A stretch of 64,000 bases of DNA from an uncultured bacterium (GTDB lineage: Bacteria > Actinomycetota > Coriobacteriia > Coriobacteriales > Coriobacteriaceae). The DNA lies in contig CAJMLB010000003.1 in NCBI GenBank assembly GCA_905214145.1, positions 2,655 to 66,654 of the forward strand, in the 5' to 3' direction. This document shows, in pieces, positions 19,847 through 29,272 of this stretch. Every line of letters begins with the position of its first letter. Position 1 is the first letter of the stretch. The translations under genes and the position numbers were made by a program. The notes below the pieces were generated by a model that did not search any database, was not told where the DNA came from, and saw only the letters and a program-made list of their open reading frames with translations.

Positions 19847-21427
19847 CTACTTTCCATAGCGCAAGAAGTCGTAGATGCGGACGCACTTCCGATAATGCGA
19901 ATCTTTCAACAGAGCCCTCTTCTTGGCAGGGTCGTTTCCCACGTCAGCCAGTGCCCGCTTCAGCAACGCTTCCAAGTCGTCGACGTCCATCTCTTCCTCT
20001 GAAAGGCACGGGATGAACGCGAACGGGCTCTTTGGCGCGCATGCATTCGCAAGGCCCTTTATGCTCAGCGACCCTTCGAATCTGCGACGAGTCGCAGGCA
20101 TCGATTTGCGGAACGTTTCGCTTCGATAGCTATCAATCGAGGTGAGCGTTGGGAGATAAGTCGCTATGTCCTTACCGACCTCTCCACCGAGTCCGCGCGT
20201 GTACTTGAAGACAGGCATGTTGTTGGGCCGTTGGCGCACGTACATGTTGAGGTAGTTCTCGACGATGAACTTTGGGTCATAGCGAAGGTTATCGAGCACG
20301 ATGTCCTCGAAGATATCTTCAGGTGAAATCGGCTTTCCGATGCTACTTGGTGACACCGACAGGCCGATGACGATCTTCTGGTCCGGGTCAAGGTCGTTGA
20401 GGACATTGTCTATCCCTGAGACGATGATGTCGGAACTCGGGTCGATATGCTCCGCAAGCCTGAACACGCTGCCCCTCAACTCGCGGATAAATCGCGTGCT
20501 ATACATTTTCCGGAAGCTGCGCATCGCATCGTAGATCGACTCGAAGTCATCCGTGGTGATCTTCGTCATCGAAAGCGTACGGCCACCGAAACTCATAGCA
20601 ATCTCGCCAACAGAGGTGTCGGTTGCGTGCTGAACGAAGATGAGCCGCTTGCCCAGCCGTTTGAGCTTGTCATCTGGTAGGCATTCGCAGATGTCACCCA
20701 GTATCGACCTGATGTTCTCGTCTTGAATCGAATAACCGAGGAAGATGACGGGATACTCGACGAAGAGGGTGAGCAGCTTCGCCGAGAGATACTTCCTCTT
20801 CTGCGCGAACTCCGCATAGTCAGCGCTGGTCAGGACGATGCTTCCCGCCCTCGAGACTGAGCCATGGATCTTGTATATCTCCTGAGAGAAAGCCTGGTCA
20901 GAGAACAGGAGGTCGCTTTCTCCGACGTAGGTCGTGAAACCAGGGAATAGGGTCTCACACATACAGTCATAATTCGTGGTGATGATGCCGGCAACTTTTT
21001 CCCTGCCCGCCTTCGCCAGCTTCTCAGTTTCGGCGCTCTCGACGAGACGAGCTCTCGCGATCTTATCTGCGACGTAGATCTTCATGGGCGAAGCGTCCCC
21101 GGTAAGCTCGTCACTGTGATCTTCGCGGAAGGCAGCGAATTCATCCGATGCAAAGAGCTCGTGGTTTACTTCGCTTTCCATGAGCGTGGCAACGTACGGC
21201 AGTTCGGACTCGACCTCGCCGTTCTGGACAGCAATCTTCGCCTGGCTCTTGAAGCGCGCGAAGGCATATGGGTCGTCAAGCACCTCGGCGCAGATATCCG
21301 AAAGCAGCCCCTCCCATCCCGGCGTGCCGCAGTAACGACGGGAGAGGCCAGAGCCGATGAAGAGAAACGGATAACGCCCGGCATCATCAACAGCTTTGTG
21401 GATTATCGATTTGATTCTCTCGTCCAT
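19847..21427 (-). CDS. SIR2-family (SIR2_2) protein, probable NADase defence effector
   Basis: PFLFIGSGLS, IITTNYD, IYKIHGS, IFLGYS; GGAGG RBS before ATG 21427. Confidence 0.88.
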   Translation of the reverse strand: MDERIKSIIHKAVDDAGRYPFLFIGSGLSRRYCGTPGWEGLLSDICAEVLDDPYAFARFKSQAKIAVQNGEVESELPYVATLMESEVNHELFASDEFAAFREDHSDELTGDASPMKIYVADKIARARLVESAETEKLAKAGREKVAGIITTNYDCMCETLFPGFTTYVGESDLLFSDQAFSQEIYKIHGSVSRAGSIVLTSADYAEFAQKRKYLSAKLLTLFVEYPVIFLGYSIQDENIRSILGDICECLPDDKLKRLGKRLIFVQHATDTSVGEIAMSFGGRTLSMTKITTDDFESIYDAMRSFRKMYSTRFIRELRGSVFRLAEHIDPSSDIIVSGIDNVLNDLDPDQKIVIGLSVSPSSIGKPISPEDIFEDIVLDNLRYDPKFIVENYLNMYVRQRPNNMPVFKYTRGLGGEVGKDIATYLPTLTSIDSYRSETFRKSMPATRRRFEGSLSIKGLANACAPKSPFAFIPCLSEEEMDVDDLEALLKRALADVGNDPAKKRALLKDSHYRKCVRIYDFLRYGK

Positions 21428-21466
21428 AATCTTTCCTCCTGTACCAATCGACATGCTCGTGAAATG

Positions 21467-21874
21467 TTATCCCACCAACTTCGGCGAGTGCGGGCTGAAA
21501 GCATCGTTGCCGTTCTGCCCGTCGACCAATCCGCACGCGAGACTCAGCGGCACAACTGCAGCGTTCTCGACCTCCACGCTAAGCACGTAGTGGAAGTCCG
21601 CCCCCTGGCTCCCACGATTCCGCTCGTAACCAATGGCGGCCAGCCGGTCGGCTAGTTCGTCTCTCGAAACCAGCTCGTTAGCCTTCACCTTGCAAAGCAT
21701 GGGTTCAAGTTCGTAAGTGTTTGTCTCGCTGATTGCGTTCCTGTAGAAGCGGAAATGGGTCGTACGAAAGAGATCTTTATGATGGGAGTACACGTGCCCG
21801 TCCTTAATGGCGTAGAAGTAGAAAAGGAACTCACCGCCCTCGTTTAGCCTGCCGCTACTTTCAAGGAAGCGGTA
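21467..21874 (-). pseudogene. 3' remnant of DUF2357/McrC-like nuclease paralog
   Basis: 135 aa collinear with C-terminus of 26448-28883 (FLFYFYAIKDGHVYSHHKDLFRT, NELVSRDELADRLA, QNGNDAFSPHSPK); no 5' part. Confidence 0.9.
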
Positions 21875-21877
21875 AAT

Positions 21878-21976
21878 TTGTGGCGCTACAACGGAGAGCC
21901 GATTACGCTTCCGAAGCGATTTGCCCCACGAGCTGAGTTTATTGAATACCACAACGATATGATATTTAAAGGGTAA
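21878..21976 (+). pseudogene. 3' remnant resembling HNH restriction endonuclease C-terminus
   Basis: LWRYNGEPITLPKRFAPRAEFIEYHNDMIFKG*, matching the I-x-LP-x-RF-x-P-xx-EF-x-EYH-x3-IF tail pattern. Confidence 0.6.
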
Positions 21977-22757
21977 TTGGACTATCTCCCGACCAAACGA
22001 GGATTCGGATTGGCTTGCTGAAATGTGGCAGTGCCCTGTTCTAAGCAACGTATTTGCGATAGAGTCGCGCGGGAACGGTGCTCGGGGCCGTTGCACCAGT
22101 AGCAAATTACTTATATCGAGCGATGTGATGCTGCGATTTCGGAAATGCTTGCCTGGTTGTGGCGCCGACTTCGAAAAGCTGGTTTATATTTCCATTACAG
22201 CTGAAACAGGCCGTCAAAATTCATGGAAGATCTTTTCGATAGTAATGGATGAACTGAGGAGGTTTGTCTGGAGGGTGGATCGAGGTTCAAGATTGTTGCG
22301 CTCTGAAACGTTTCAGCTGAGGTCGGAGAGCGATCGCATGAGTCGATTTATATTTCGGCAGCGTTGCATCCATAGAAGAGAGAGGGATGCGTATTCGTTT
22401 GGCAGCGAGGGCGTGAGTGGGCGGGAACTTCGTGGCGTACAGCAATAAGGCTATACCTAAAAGCCTTTGTGTTGAACGGGTTTTCGCGGGAGCGGAGGGT
22501 GCGTGCCGCGAGGGACGGTCCGCGGCACGACCGACCCGGCGCGGCATCCGGAGCGGACGCGGATGCGGCGCGGACGGCCTCTGACGGGCGAGCATGCGAC
22601 AGTGGTTGCCCTGCTGGGCGGCAATAAGCTCGAATCGAGCACGAGCGATTCTTGTCCGGGCGAAGCGTTACAACTGGATTTGTTCTGTTGCCGACTGATC
22701 TTGAAGCATGTTGGAAGAAACGAAATTATAATTATTTATTTGTCTGTATCTATCGAA

Positions 22758-23696
22758 ATGGAGACCGAGCGCGTGGAAAACGAGAGGAACATAACGGCAG
22801 TTGACCTTTTCGCCGGCTGCGGCGGAATGTCCCTCGGCTTCGAAAAGGCTGGCGTCAATGTTGTGGCTGCCTACGACAATTGGGACGCTGCCATTGATGT
22901 CTATCGCGCTAACTTCCAGCATCCTGTTTTCAAAAGGGATCTCTCCGACGTTTCCGTATCCGAGGAAGTTGCCGGCTTCGCTCCGGATATCATCATCGGC
23001 GGGCCTCCTTGTCAGGATTTCTCGCAGGCCGGCAAGAGATCCGAGGATGGTGGGCGCGCAATCCTCTCTGTTAGATATGCCGAGATCATCGCGAGGTGCA
23101 AGCCTCGCTTCATCGTTATGGAGAACGTCCCACGCGTTCGAACGAGCAAATCCATGGAAGCGATTCGGGCCACCCTCAAAGCGCAGGGTTATGGCTTGAG
23201 TGGGCGAGTGATGGATGCAAGCCTGTGCGGGGTCCCCCAAGCTCGCAAGAGATACTTCTTGATCGGATGCCTTGGGGCGCCCGACGGGTTCCTCGACCCA
23301 TATCTTGAGAAGGGCCTTTCTGACCATCAGATGACAATTCGTGAGTATCTCGGTAACGAGCTTGGAATTGATTACTACTTCAGAATTCCGCGAAGCTACA
23401 CGAGGCGGGCCATCTTCAGCATCGACGAGCCCTCGGTCACTATTCGTGGTGTGGACAGGCCGATACCGCCGAACTACAAGCTTCACCCCAACGACGCGGC
23501 GGACCTCAGTCAAGCCCGGTGCTTGACTCCAAAGGAACGCAGTAGGATCCAGACTTTCCCGGAGTCTTTCAAGTTCTTTGGGAGTAAGACGGATATCAAC
23601 CAGATGGTGGGCAACGCCGTACCGGTAAACCTTGCCACCTACGTTGCACGAGCGCTACTAGAGTACAGGAGGGATGTGAGCGATGGACTGCGTTGA
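22758..23696 (+). CDS. DNA (cytosine-5) methyltransferase 1
   Basis: DLFAGCGG, GGPPCQDFS, MENV, QARKR, VGNAVP. Confidence 0.95.
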   Translation: METERVENERNITAVDLFAGCGGMSLGFEKAGVNVVAAYDNWDAAIDVYRANFQHPVFKRDLSDVSVSEEVAGFAPDIIIGGPPCQDFSQAGKRSEDGGRAILSVRYAEIIARCKPRFIVMENVPRVRTSKSMEAIRATLKAQGYGLSGRVMDASLCGVPQARKRYFLIGCLGAPDGFLDPYLEKGLSDHQMTIREYLGNELGIDYYFRIPRSYTRRAIFSIDEPSVTIRGVDRPIPPNYKLHPNDAADLSQARCLTPKERSRIQTFPESFKFFGSKTDINQMVGNAVPVNLATYVARALLEYRRDVSDGLR

Positions 23697-24570
23697 TCTT
23701 TTCTCGGGATGCGGCGGTATGTCGCTCGGATTCCAGAATGCGGGCTTCAACATAAAGGCGGCGTTTGATAACTGGCAGGCGGCTGTCGACATCTATTCGG
23801 CAAACTTCGACCACCCGGCATTCAAATACGATCTTTACGATGCGGAAGCGGTCCCGAAAATTGAAGAGTATTCGCCGTCGATGATAATCGGTGGCCCCCC
23901 TTGCCAGGACTTCTCCATTGCGGGCGCCAGACAGCGCGGCAAAAGGGCCAATCTCACCATCCGATATGCTGAGATAGTTCGGGACGTCAGACCCGAGTGG
24001 TTCGTCATGGAGAATGTTTACAATATCGAGCGGATGGACGTCCTGCCCGAGGCGCTGGAAATATTCCGCAATGCTGGATACGGTCTCACGAGGCGCGTCC
24101 TCAACGCCAGTCTATGTGGTGTGCCTCAGATTCGCAGGCGCTTTATCCTTGTCGGTCATCTTGGTGATAAAGATGACTTTCTCGGCGAACTCTTGGATTC
24201 AAGGCTGAGCGACAAGCAGATGACCGTCAGGGATTACCTTGGCGATTCGCTCGGCACGCAATACTTCTACATGCATCCACGCAACTTCCAGCGTAGGGGC
24301 GTCTTCACGATTGACGAGCCAGCGGTAACGGTACGAGGCACCAACCGTCCGATACCGCCAGCATATAAGAGGCATCATGCCGACAAGGCTGATATTTCTG
24401 AAGGTGTGAGAGCCTTAACATACAAGGAGCGCAGCTATCTGCAAACCTTCCCCGAAGAGTTTGAGTTTGTCGGGTCCAAGACAGACATTGAGCAGGCGAT
24501 TGGCAATGCCGTGCCAGTTAAGCTTGCTGAGTACGTTGCTAGATGCATAGCTGACTATGCAGCAGATTAA
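23683..24570 (+). CDS. DNA (cytosine-5) methyltransferase 2
   Basis: DLFSGCGG, GGPPCQDFS, MENV, QIRRR, IGNAVP; overlaps MTase 1. Confidence 0.95.
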   Translation: MDCVDLFSGCGGMSLGFQNAGFNIKAAFDNWQAAVDIYSANFDHPAFKYDLYDAEAVPKIEEYSPSMIIGGPPCQDFSIAGARQRGKRANLTIRYAEIVRDVRPEWFVMENVYNIERMDVLPEALEIFRNAGYGLTRRVLNASLCGVPQIRRRFILVGHLGDKDDFLGELLDSRLSDKQMTVRDYLGDSLGTQYFYMHPRNFQRRGVFTIDEPAVTVRGTNRPIPPAYKRHHADKADISEGVRALTYKERSYLQTFPEEFEFVGSKTDIEQAIGNAVPVKLAEYVARCIADYAAD

Positions 24571-24584
24571 TTGTGGTGGTTGCC

Positions 24585-26444
24585 ATGTCCTTTGTCGATG
24601 AATGGAATTTGAGCTATCCCATTCCGAATTCTATATATAGCGAGAATACGCTATCCGTTCGCGGGAGAACAGTTGGACAAGGTGGTGCTGGACAGTACGA
24701 ACTCAAAGGTTCAGGCTCTCTTGCAAACGGGGATACGCTGACTGCAGTTGACATTATCGGACACGCAATCATCTTGGAAGTAGTCGTACCCTCTACTGGG
24801 CAAGTTGTCTCCCTTGGCACGCGTTATCCCGTTGCAAAAAAAGGCGGAAAAGTACGTGTGCAAATACAAGGAGACGGGGCAAAGCGTCCAAATGTCGGCA
24901 ACTTGTTTGCCGCACTGCTGTTGTTGCCAGTGACGGGCAAAGTAAACGATTCATCGCCGTTGCAAGAGGACGGTTTTGCGGAAAGGACATTCTGGATGGA
25001 TGCAGCCGAAGTAAAGCCTGTGGGCGTCTCCGAAGATGCATATATCTTGGAGCTAACGAAACTCTTCTTCGCCACTGGAAGCAGATACAAAGACGGGCAG
25101 TTTTCGGGTGCGATAGATTACGACTACAAGTCGAGAATTGACGATCTTATTGCCCTTTGCAATCGCGGATGCAAGATGAGGGCTGGTAGCCTGACCACGG
25201 CATTCAAGTATTTCGCTGACGTTTACGCAGGGAAACTTGAGTTTGATTACAGCGTGGCTGAGTTCATGCGAAACCTCATAGCGAGCCAATTGATTGCCGA
25301 AGAGGGCATCGACTACGAACAAGGCGATGACGTGCTGCCCGCAATGCATCAACTAATCGACCTTGCTGCAAAGAATTCATCGAAAGCATCAAGCAGAGAG
25401 AAGAGGACTTTTCAGCTAAACAACCTTCCAGCTGAATTTAAAACCGACTTCTCCAGGCGCTACATCACGTCACTACTGGCAAAGCCCTTTGTCATCCTTG
25501 CTGGCAACAGCGGAACAGGCAAGACGCGGATTTCCAAGCGTTTTGCAAAGTACCTTGAGGTCTTGGATGAAGACGGGGAGCCAAACTGGTTGCTCGTCCC
25601 GGTCGGTGCCGACTGGACCGACAACACCAAGGTGCTGGGCTTCTTCAACCCGATTGCAGACGGCGGCAAAGGCGCGTACGAAGAGACCGGCATACTGAGA
25701 CTCATCGAACGGGCCAACGCTAACCCCGAGGTTCCGTATTTCCTCATCCTCGACGAGATGAACCTGAGCCATGTCGAGCGGTATTTCTCAGACTTCCTCA
25801 GCCACATGGAGACCATCGGCGAGGATAACCTCATCGTGCTTGATGGGTACGGCGATGGCGGTGCTGACAGGCTGCCCTATCCGCAGAACCTGTTCGTTGT
25901 CGGCACCGTGAACATCGATGAGACCACTTACATGTTTAGCCCCAAGGTGCTCGACAGGGCAAACGTCATAGAGTTCAAGCCGTCGAAGGCCGAAGTCCTC
26001 GCAGGGTTCAAAGCCATCGAGGATGCGCCGGACGTTGCCGTCGCAGCTTCCGGCGTCCCCCAGGCTTTTCTGCGTCTCGCCAAGGACATATGGGAGGGAG
26101 CCAATTACATCAGCGAAGATGATGCTAACGCCATCTTCGAGAAGTTCGGCAAGCTGTATGAAGAGCTGGAGAAATGCGGCTATGAGTTTGCCTTCCGCAC
26201 CGTGCGCGAAGTGCGAATGTACGTTAATGCCGCGCACGAGCTTGACGGCGAGAACTACGAACTCGAGCGTTCTGTCGATGAGCAGATTGTCCAGAAGGTG
26301 CTGCCGAAGCTCCATGGTAACAAGCGTGAGATCGGCAATCTGCTTAAAAGCCTGAAAGACATATGCGATGGCGAGCTGAGCTCCGTTAAGATAAGCCAGA
26401 TGGCAGCGAAACTCGATAACGTGCAGTATGCGAGCTTCATCTAG
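24585..26444 (+). CDS. McrB-like AAA+ GTPase
   Basis: GNSGTGKT, LILDEMNLSHVERYFSDFLS, GTVNIDETT, FSPKVLDRA, KVLPKLHG. Confidence 0.9.
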   Translation: MSFVDEWNLSYPIPNSIYSENTLSVRGRTVGQGGAGQYELKGSGSLANGDTLTAVDIIGHAIILEVVVPSTGQVVSLGTRYPVAKKGGKVRVQIQGDGAKRPNVGNLFAALLLLPVTGKVNDSSPLQEDGFAERTFWMDAAEVKPVGVSEDAYILELTKLFFATGSRYKDGQFSGAIDYDYKSRIDDLIALCNRGCKMRAGSLTTAFKYFADVYAGKLEFDYSVAEFMRNLIASQLIAEEGIDYEQGDDVLPAMHQLIDLAAKNSSKASSREKRTFQLNNLPAEFKTDFSRRYITSLLAKPFVILAGNSGTGKTRISKRFAKYLEVLDEDGEPNWLLVPVGADWTDNTKVLGFFNPIADGGKGAYEETGILRLIERANANPEVPYFLILDEMNLSHVERYFSDFLSHMETIGEDNLIVLDGYGDGGADRLPYPQNLFVVGTVNIDETTYMFSPKVLDRANVIEFKPSKAEVLAGFKAIEDAPDVAVAASGVPQAFLRLAKDIWEGANYISEDDANAIFEKFGKLYEELEKCGYEFAFRTVREVRMYVNAAHELDGENYELERSVDEQIVQKVLPKLHGNKREIGNLLKSLKDICDGELSSVKISQMAAKLDNVQYASFI

Positions 26445-26447
26445 CCT

Positions 26448-28883
26448 ATGGACGGCAGCATCGGCGCAATCCGCTTTGCAGCGGATGGAAGAACAATAGC
26501 CAGGCTCTACCAGAGCGGTGCGCATGACCGAGTCGATTGGGACGAGGAACAGCAGACCGGGCTAACCGGGCTGACGTGTTTCGGTCTCAAGCCGGAAGCA
26601 TCCCAGAATGGCGCTGGTTCAACACCAGCCTTCGCCGTCAAGGACGGTCTTGACGGGAGTCCCACGCTTCGAATCAACGAAACCACATGTTATGTGCTCG
26701 AATACGAGCGGACCCCTGATGGTGGCCTGCATCCTCGCGCCTCGTTCCAAAACGAAGGCAAGAATATCAGGTGCGACAGAAACGGCAATAGTGTCACCTT
26801 CCAGTTCGTGAACTATCTCGGGCGTTCGAGGATTCGATTCGGCGAGGAAGCTGATGCGCCGATGCTACAGTTCGAAGTCGTCCCGCTCAAGATTGGCTAT
26901 GAAGACGATTACATCGAGCTCACCGAGGAGCTTGCCGCAAGGTGCGCTGCGCTGCTCCTTGACTACTCGGGCTCCACGTCGAACGTTTACAAGCAAGCCG
27001 ACGAGAATCGCGAGACGCTGCTTGAGCAGTTCGTCTTCCTGCGGCAGTTCTGCTACGACCCGAACCTCCAAGCCCTCTTCGAGGCGATAAAGAGGAACCC
27101 TGATAGGACGCTGGATCACGAGGACGAGCTGCGGTCGGTTGGGGCTGGCATGCCGTCCCGGAGGTTTTATACGAACCCCTTCTCGAACAGCCGGATGTGG
27201 ACGCGCTTGAACTGCGGCGGCGATGCGGGAGGCGTCTACCTCCCCCAGATGGTCAGCGTCACGCGCAAGTACGACCTGCTCGACACGCCCGCCAATCGGT
27301 TTGTGAAATTTGCCCTGCATGAGATTGACCGGATCTGCACCTCTCTGATGACTGTCCTGGATGCCGAGAAGGGCGATACTCGGCAGACGGAGTGTTATCG
27401 CGAAGCCGCCGCGCTGCACGCCATGCTGGATACGATACTCAGCGACGCCTTCTTCGACGATGTCGGCACCCTGCAGATGATGCCTCAGAACAACCAGGTG
27501 TTGCAGAAGCGCGAGGGATACTCGCAGATCTTCTTCGCATATTCCATGCTCGATATGGCGCTGCAGCTCGACTGGAAGGGCAAGGATGACATCTACGAGG
27601 GCGAATCGAAGAATGTGGCCCTCCTCTACGAGTACTGGATCTTCTTTGAGCTGTACGACATCGTAAGGGGGATCGAGGGGTGCGAGCCGATAAGCACCGA
27701 TGACCACCCATTTATCGGGACGAATCCCGACGGTGGGCTGTCAATATCCCTCAAGCAGGGCGTACGCTCCTGCCAGTCATTCCAGATTGCGCAGTGCGGC
27801 GCGAAGGTAAACCTCTACTACAACCGCACCTTCTCGCCCCGTGACTTTCATGCCACTCGTTACGAGGGTTCGTACTCGAGACCGTTCAGACCCGACTACA
27901 CGCTCGCGATATTCCCGGATGCTTATACAAACGAGCGAGCCGCAGTGCAAGATGGAGCTGTTGCATTCGTCCACTTCGACGCCAAGTACCGCATCACCGA
28001 CTTGACGGGGCTTGTCGGCAAGGATGTGGGCACCGAGGAGGCAGAGCGCGAGGAACTTAACGAGGAGAAGGCGGCCTCCACCACGAACACCTACAAGCGC
28101 GGTGACCTGCTGAAGATGCACACGTACAACGACGCGATACGGCGCACGGTTGGCAGCTACGTGCTTTATCCGGGGTCGGGCGAAACGGGCGAGAAGGGCC
28201 AATTCCGGCTCTTCGAGGAGATTTTGCCGGGTGTCGGCGCTTTCGCCATGAAGCCGAGCATCAGCAGGACGGCAGAGAATGCGTTGCGCGATTTCATAGA
28301 GAAGGTCATCGGCGAGAACACGGCAAGCAATACGCGGCTGAACCGGCTGAGCTACTTCACCGAAATGGTTGTGGCTGAGCCTCCAAGCGCGGGCAAGACG
28401 GATAGCGACTCCTACGGGCATGGTGGCGAATCGTTCGTGATTGGCTACATTCGAGGGGACTCTCCCGATGACTACTATCACTTTCTCGAAAGCAGCGGCA
28501 GGCTCCGCAAGGGCGGGCGCTTTCTCTTCTACTTCTATGCCATTAAGGACGGGCATGTCTACTCGCACCATAAGGATCTCTTCCGCACGTCGTGGTTCCG
28601 CTTCTATCGGAACGCCATAAGCCAGACGAACACCTACGAGATCGAGCCTGTGGCGTGTCGCATAACCTCGAATGAGCTGGTTTCGAGGGACGAGCTGGCC
28701 GACCGCCTGGCCGACCTTGGCTACGTGCGGGATCGTGGGAATCAGGGTGCCGACTTCTACTATGTCCTGTCCGTGCGGGTGGAAGATGACGCGGCAGAAC
28801 CCTTAAGCCTGGGGCGCAGGGCGGTGGATGAACAGAACGGCAACGATGCGTTCAGCCCCCACTCGCCAAAGATTGTTGGGTGA
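26448..28883 (+). CDS. DUF2357 / PD-(D/E)xK McrC-like nuclease
   Basis: FVNYLG, DTPANRFVK, LYEYW, RPDY...FDAKYR, DLLKMHTYNDAI, VLYPG. Confidence 0.88.
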   Translation: MDGSIGAIRFAADGRTIARLYQSGAHDRVDWDEEQQTGLTGLTCFGLKPEASQNGAGSTPAFAVKDGLDGSPTLRINETTCYVLEYERTPDGGLHPRASFQNEGKNIRCDRNGNSVTFQFVNYLGRSRIRFGEEADAPMLQFEVVPLKIGYEDDYIELTEELAARCAALLLDYSGSTSNVYKQADENRETLLEQFVFLRQFCYDPNLQALFEAIKRNPDRTLDHEDELRSVGAGMPSRRFYTNPFSNSRMWTRLNCGGDAGGVYLPQMVSVTRKYDLLDTPANRFVKFALHEIDRICTSLMTVLDAEKGDTRQTECYREAAALHAMLDTILSDAFFDDVGTLQMMPQNNQVLQKREGYSQIFFAYSMLDMALQLDWKGKDDIYEGESKNVALLYEYWIFFELYDIVRGIEGCEPISTDDHPFIGTNPDGGLSISLKQGVRSCQSFQIAQCGAKVNLYYNRTFSPRDFHATRYEGSYSRPFRPDYTLAIFPDAYTNERAAVQDGAVAFVHFDAKYRITDLTGLVGKDVGTEEAEREELNEEKAASTTNTYKRGDLLKMHTYNDAIRRTVGSYVLYPGSGETGEKGQFRLFEEILPGVGAFAMKPSISRTAENALRDFIEKVIGENTASNTRLNRLSYFTEMVVAEPPSAGKTDSDSYGHGGESFVIGYIRGDSPDDYYHFLESSGRLRKGGRFLFYFYAIKDGHVYSHHKDLFRTSWFRFYRNAISQTNTYEIEPVACRITSNELVSRDELADRLADLGYVRDRGNQGADFYYVLSVRVEDDAAEPLSLGRRAVDEQNGNDAFSPHSPKIVG

Positions 28884-28939
28884 TCATCTGGTCATTTTCA
28901 GAGTAGCGGTAACACCTACGGGCGCGCGAGGGGCAACGC

Positions 28940-29188
28940 ATGAGGCCAATCGTCTACAACGGGGTTGACCTGTCGGGCGTGTGCTCTGCCGAGGTCATCG
29001 AGAAAGTTGCCCTGCCCGTGGAGGCGGAGACCCTGGCGGTGCCGAGGCGTGCCGGCGCACTGCTGGTGGCGGGGCGGCTGTCCCCCAGGCTAGTGCGGGC
29101 GCGGCTGTTCATGGACACCCGCCCGCGCCTTCAGGACGATGTTCGGCGACAGGGACGACGCAGCGGCGCTGCCACGTCGCGCAGGTAG
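28940..29188 (+). pseudogene. Fragment resembling siphophage distal tail (Dit) protein N-terminus
   Basis: IVYNGVDLS...VPRRAGALL...PRLVRARL, then frame breaks down. Confidence 0.5.
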
Positions 29189-29272
29189 CGGAGGAGGGTT
29201 GCTCCCAATGGCCCGCGGCGTCCGCGCCCCGGTGCCACCCCGTGACCGGCGGCTTCGCTCGAAGCCGCTACA

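Noticed and set aside
21467..22105. 212-aa ORF as an intact gene
   Set aside because: Its N-terminal part is antisense read-through across the deletion junction; only 21467-21874 matches the paralog
22100..22750. ORFs or ncRNA upstream of the methyltransferases
   Set aside because: No credible RBS or motifs; only short palindromes, so no call is supported
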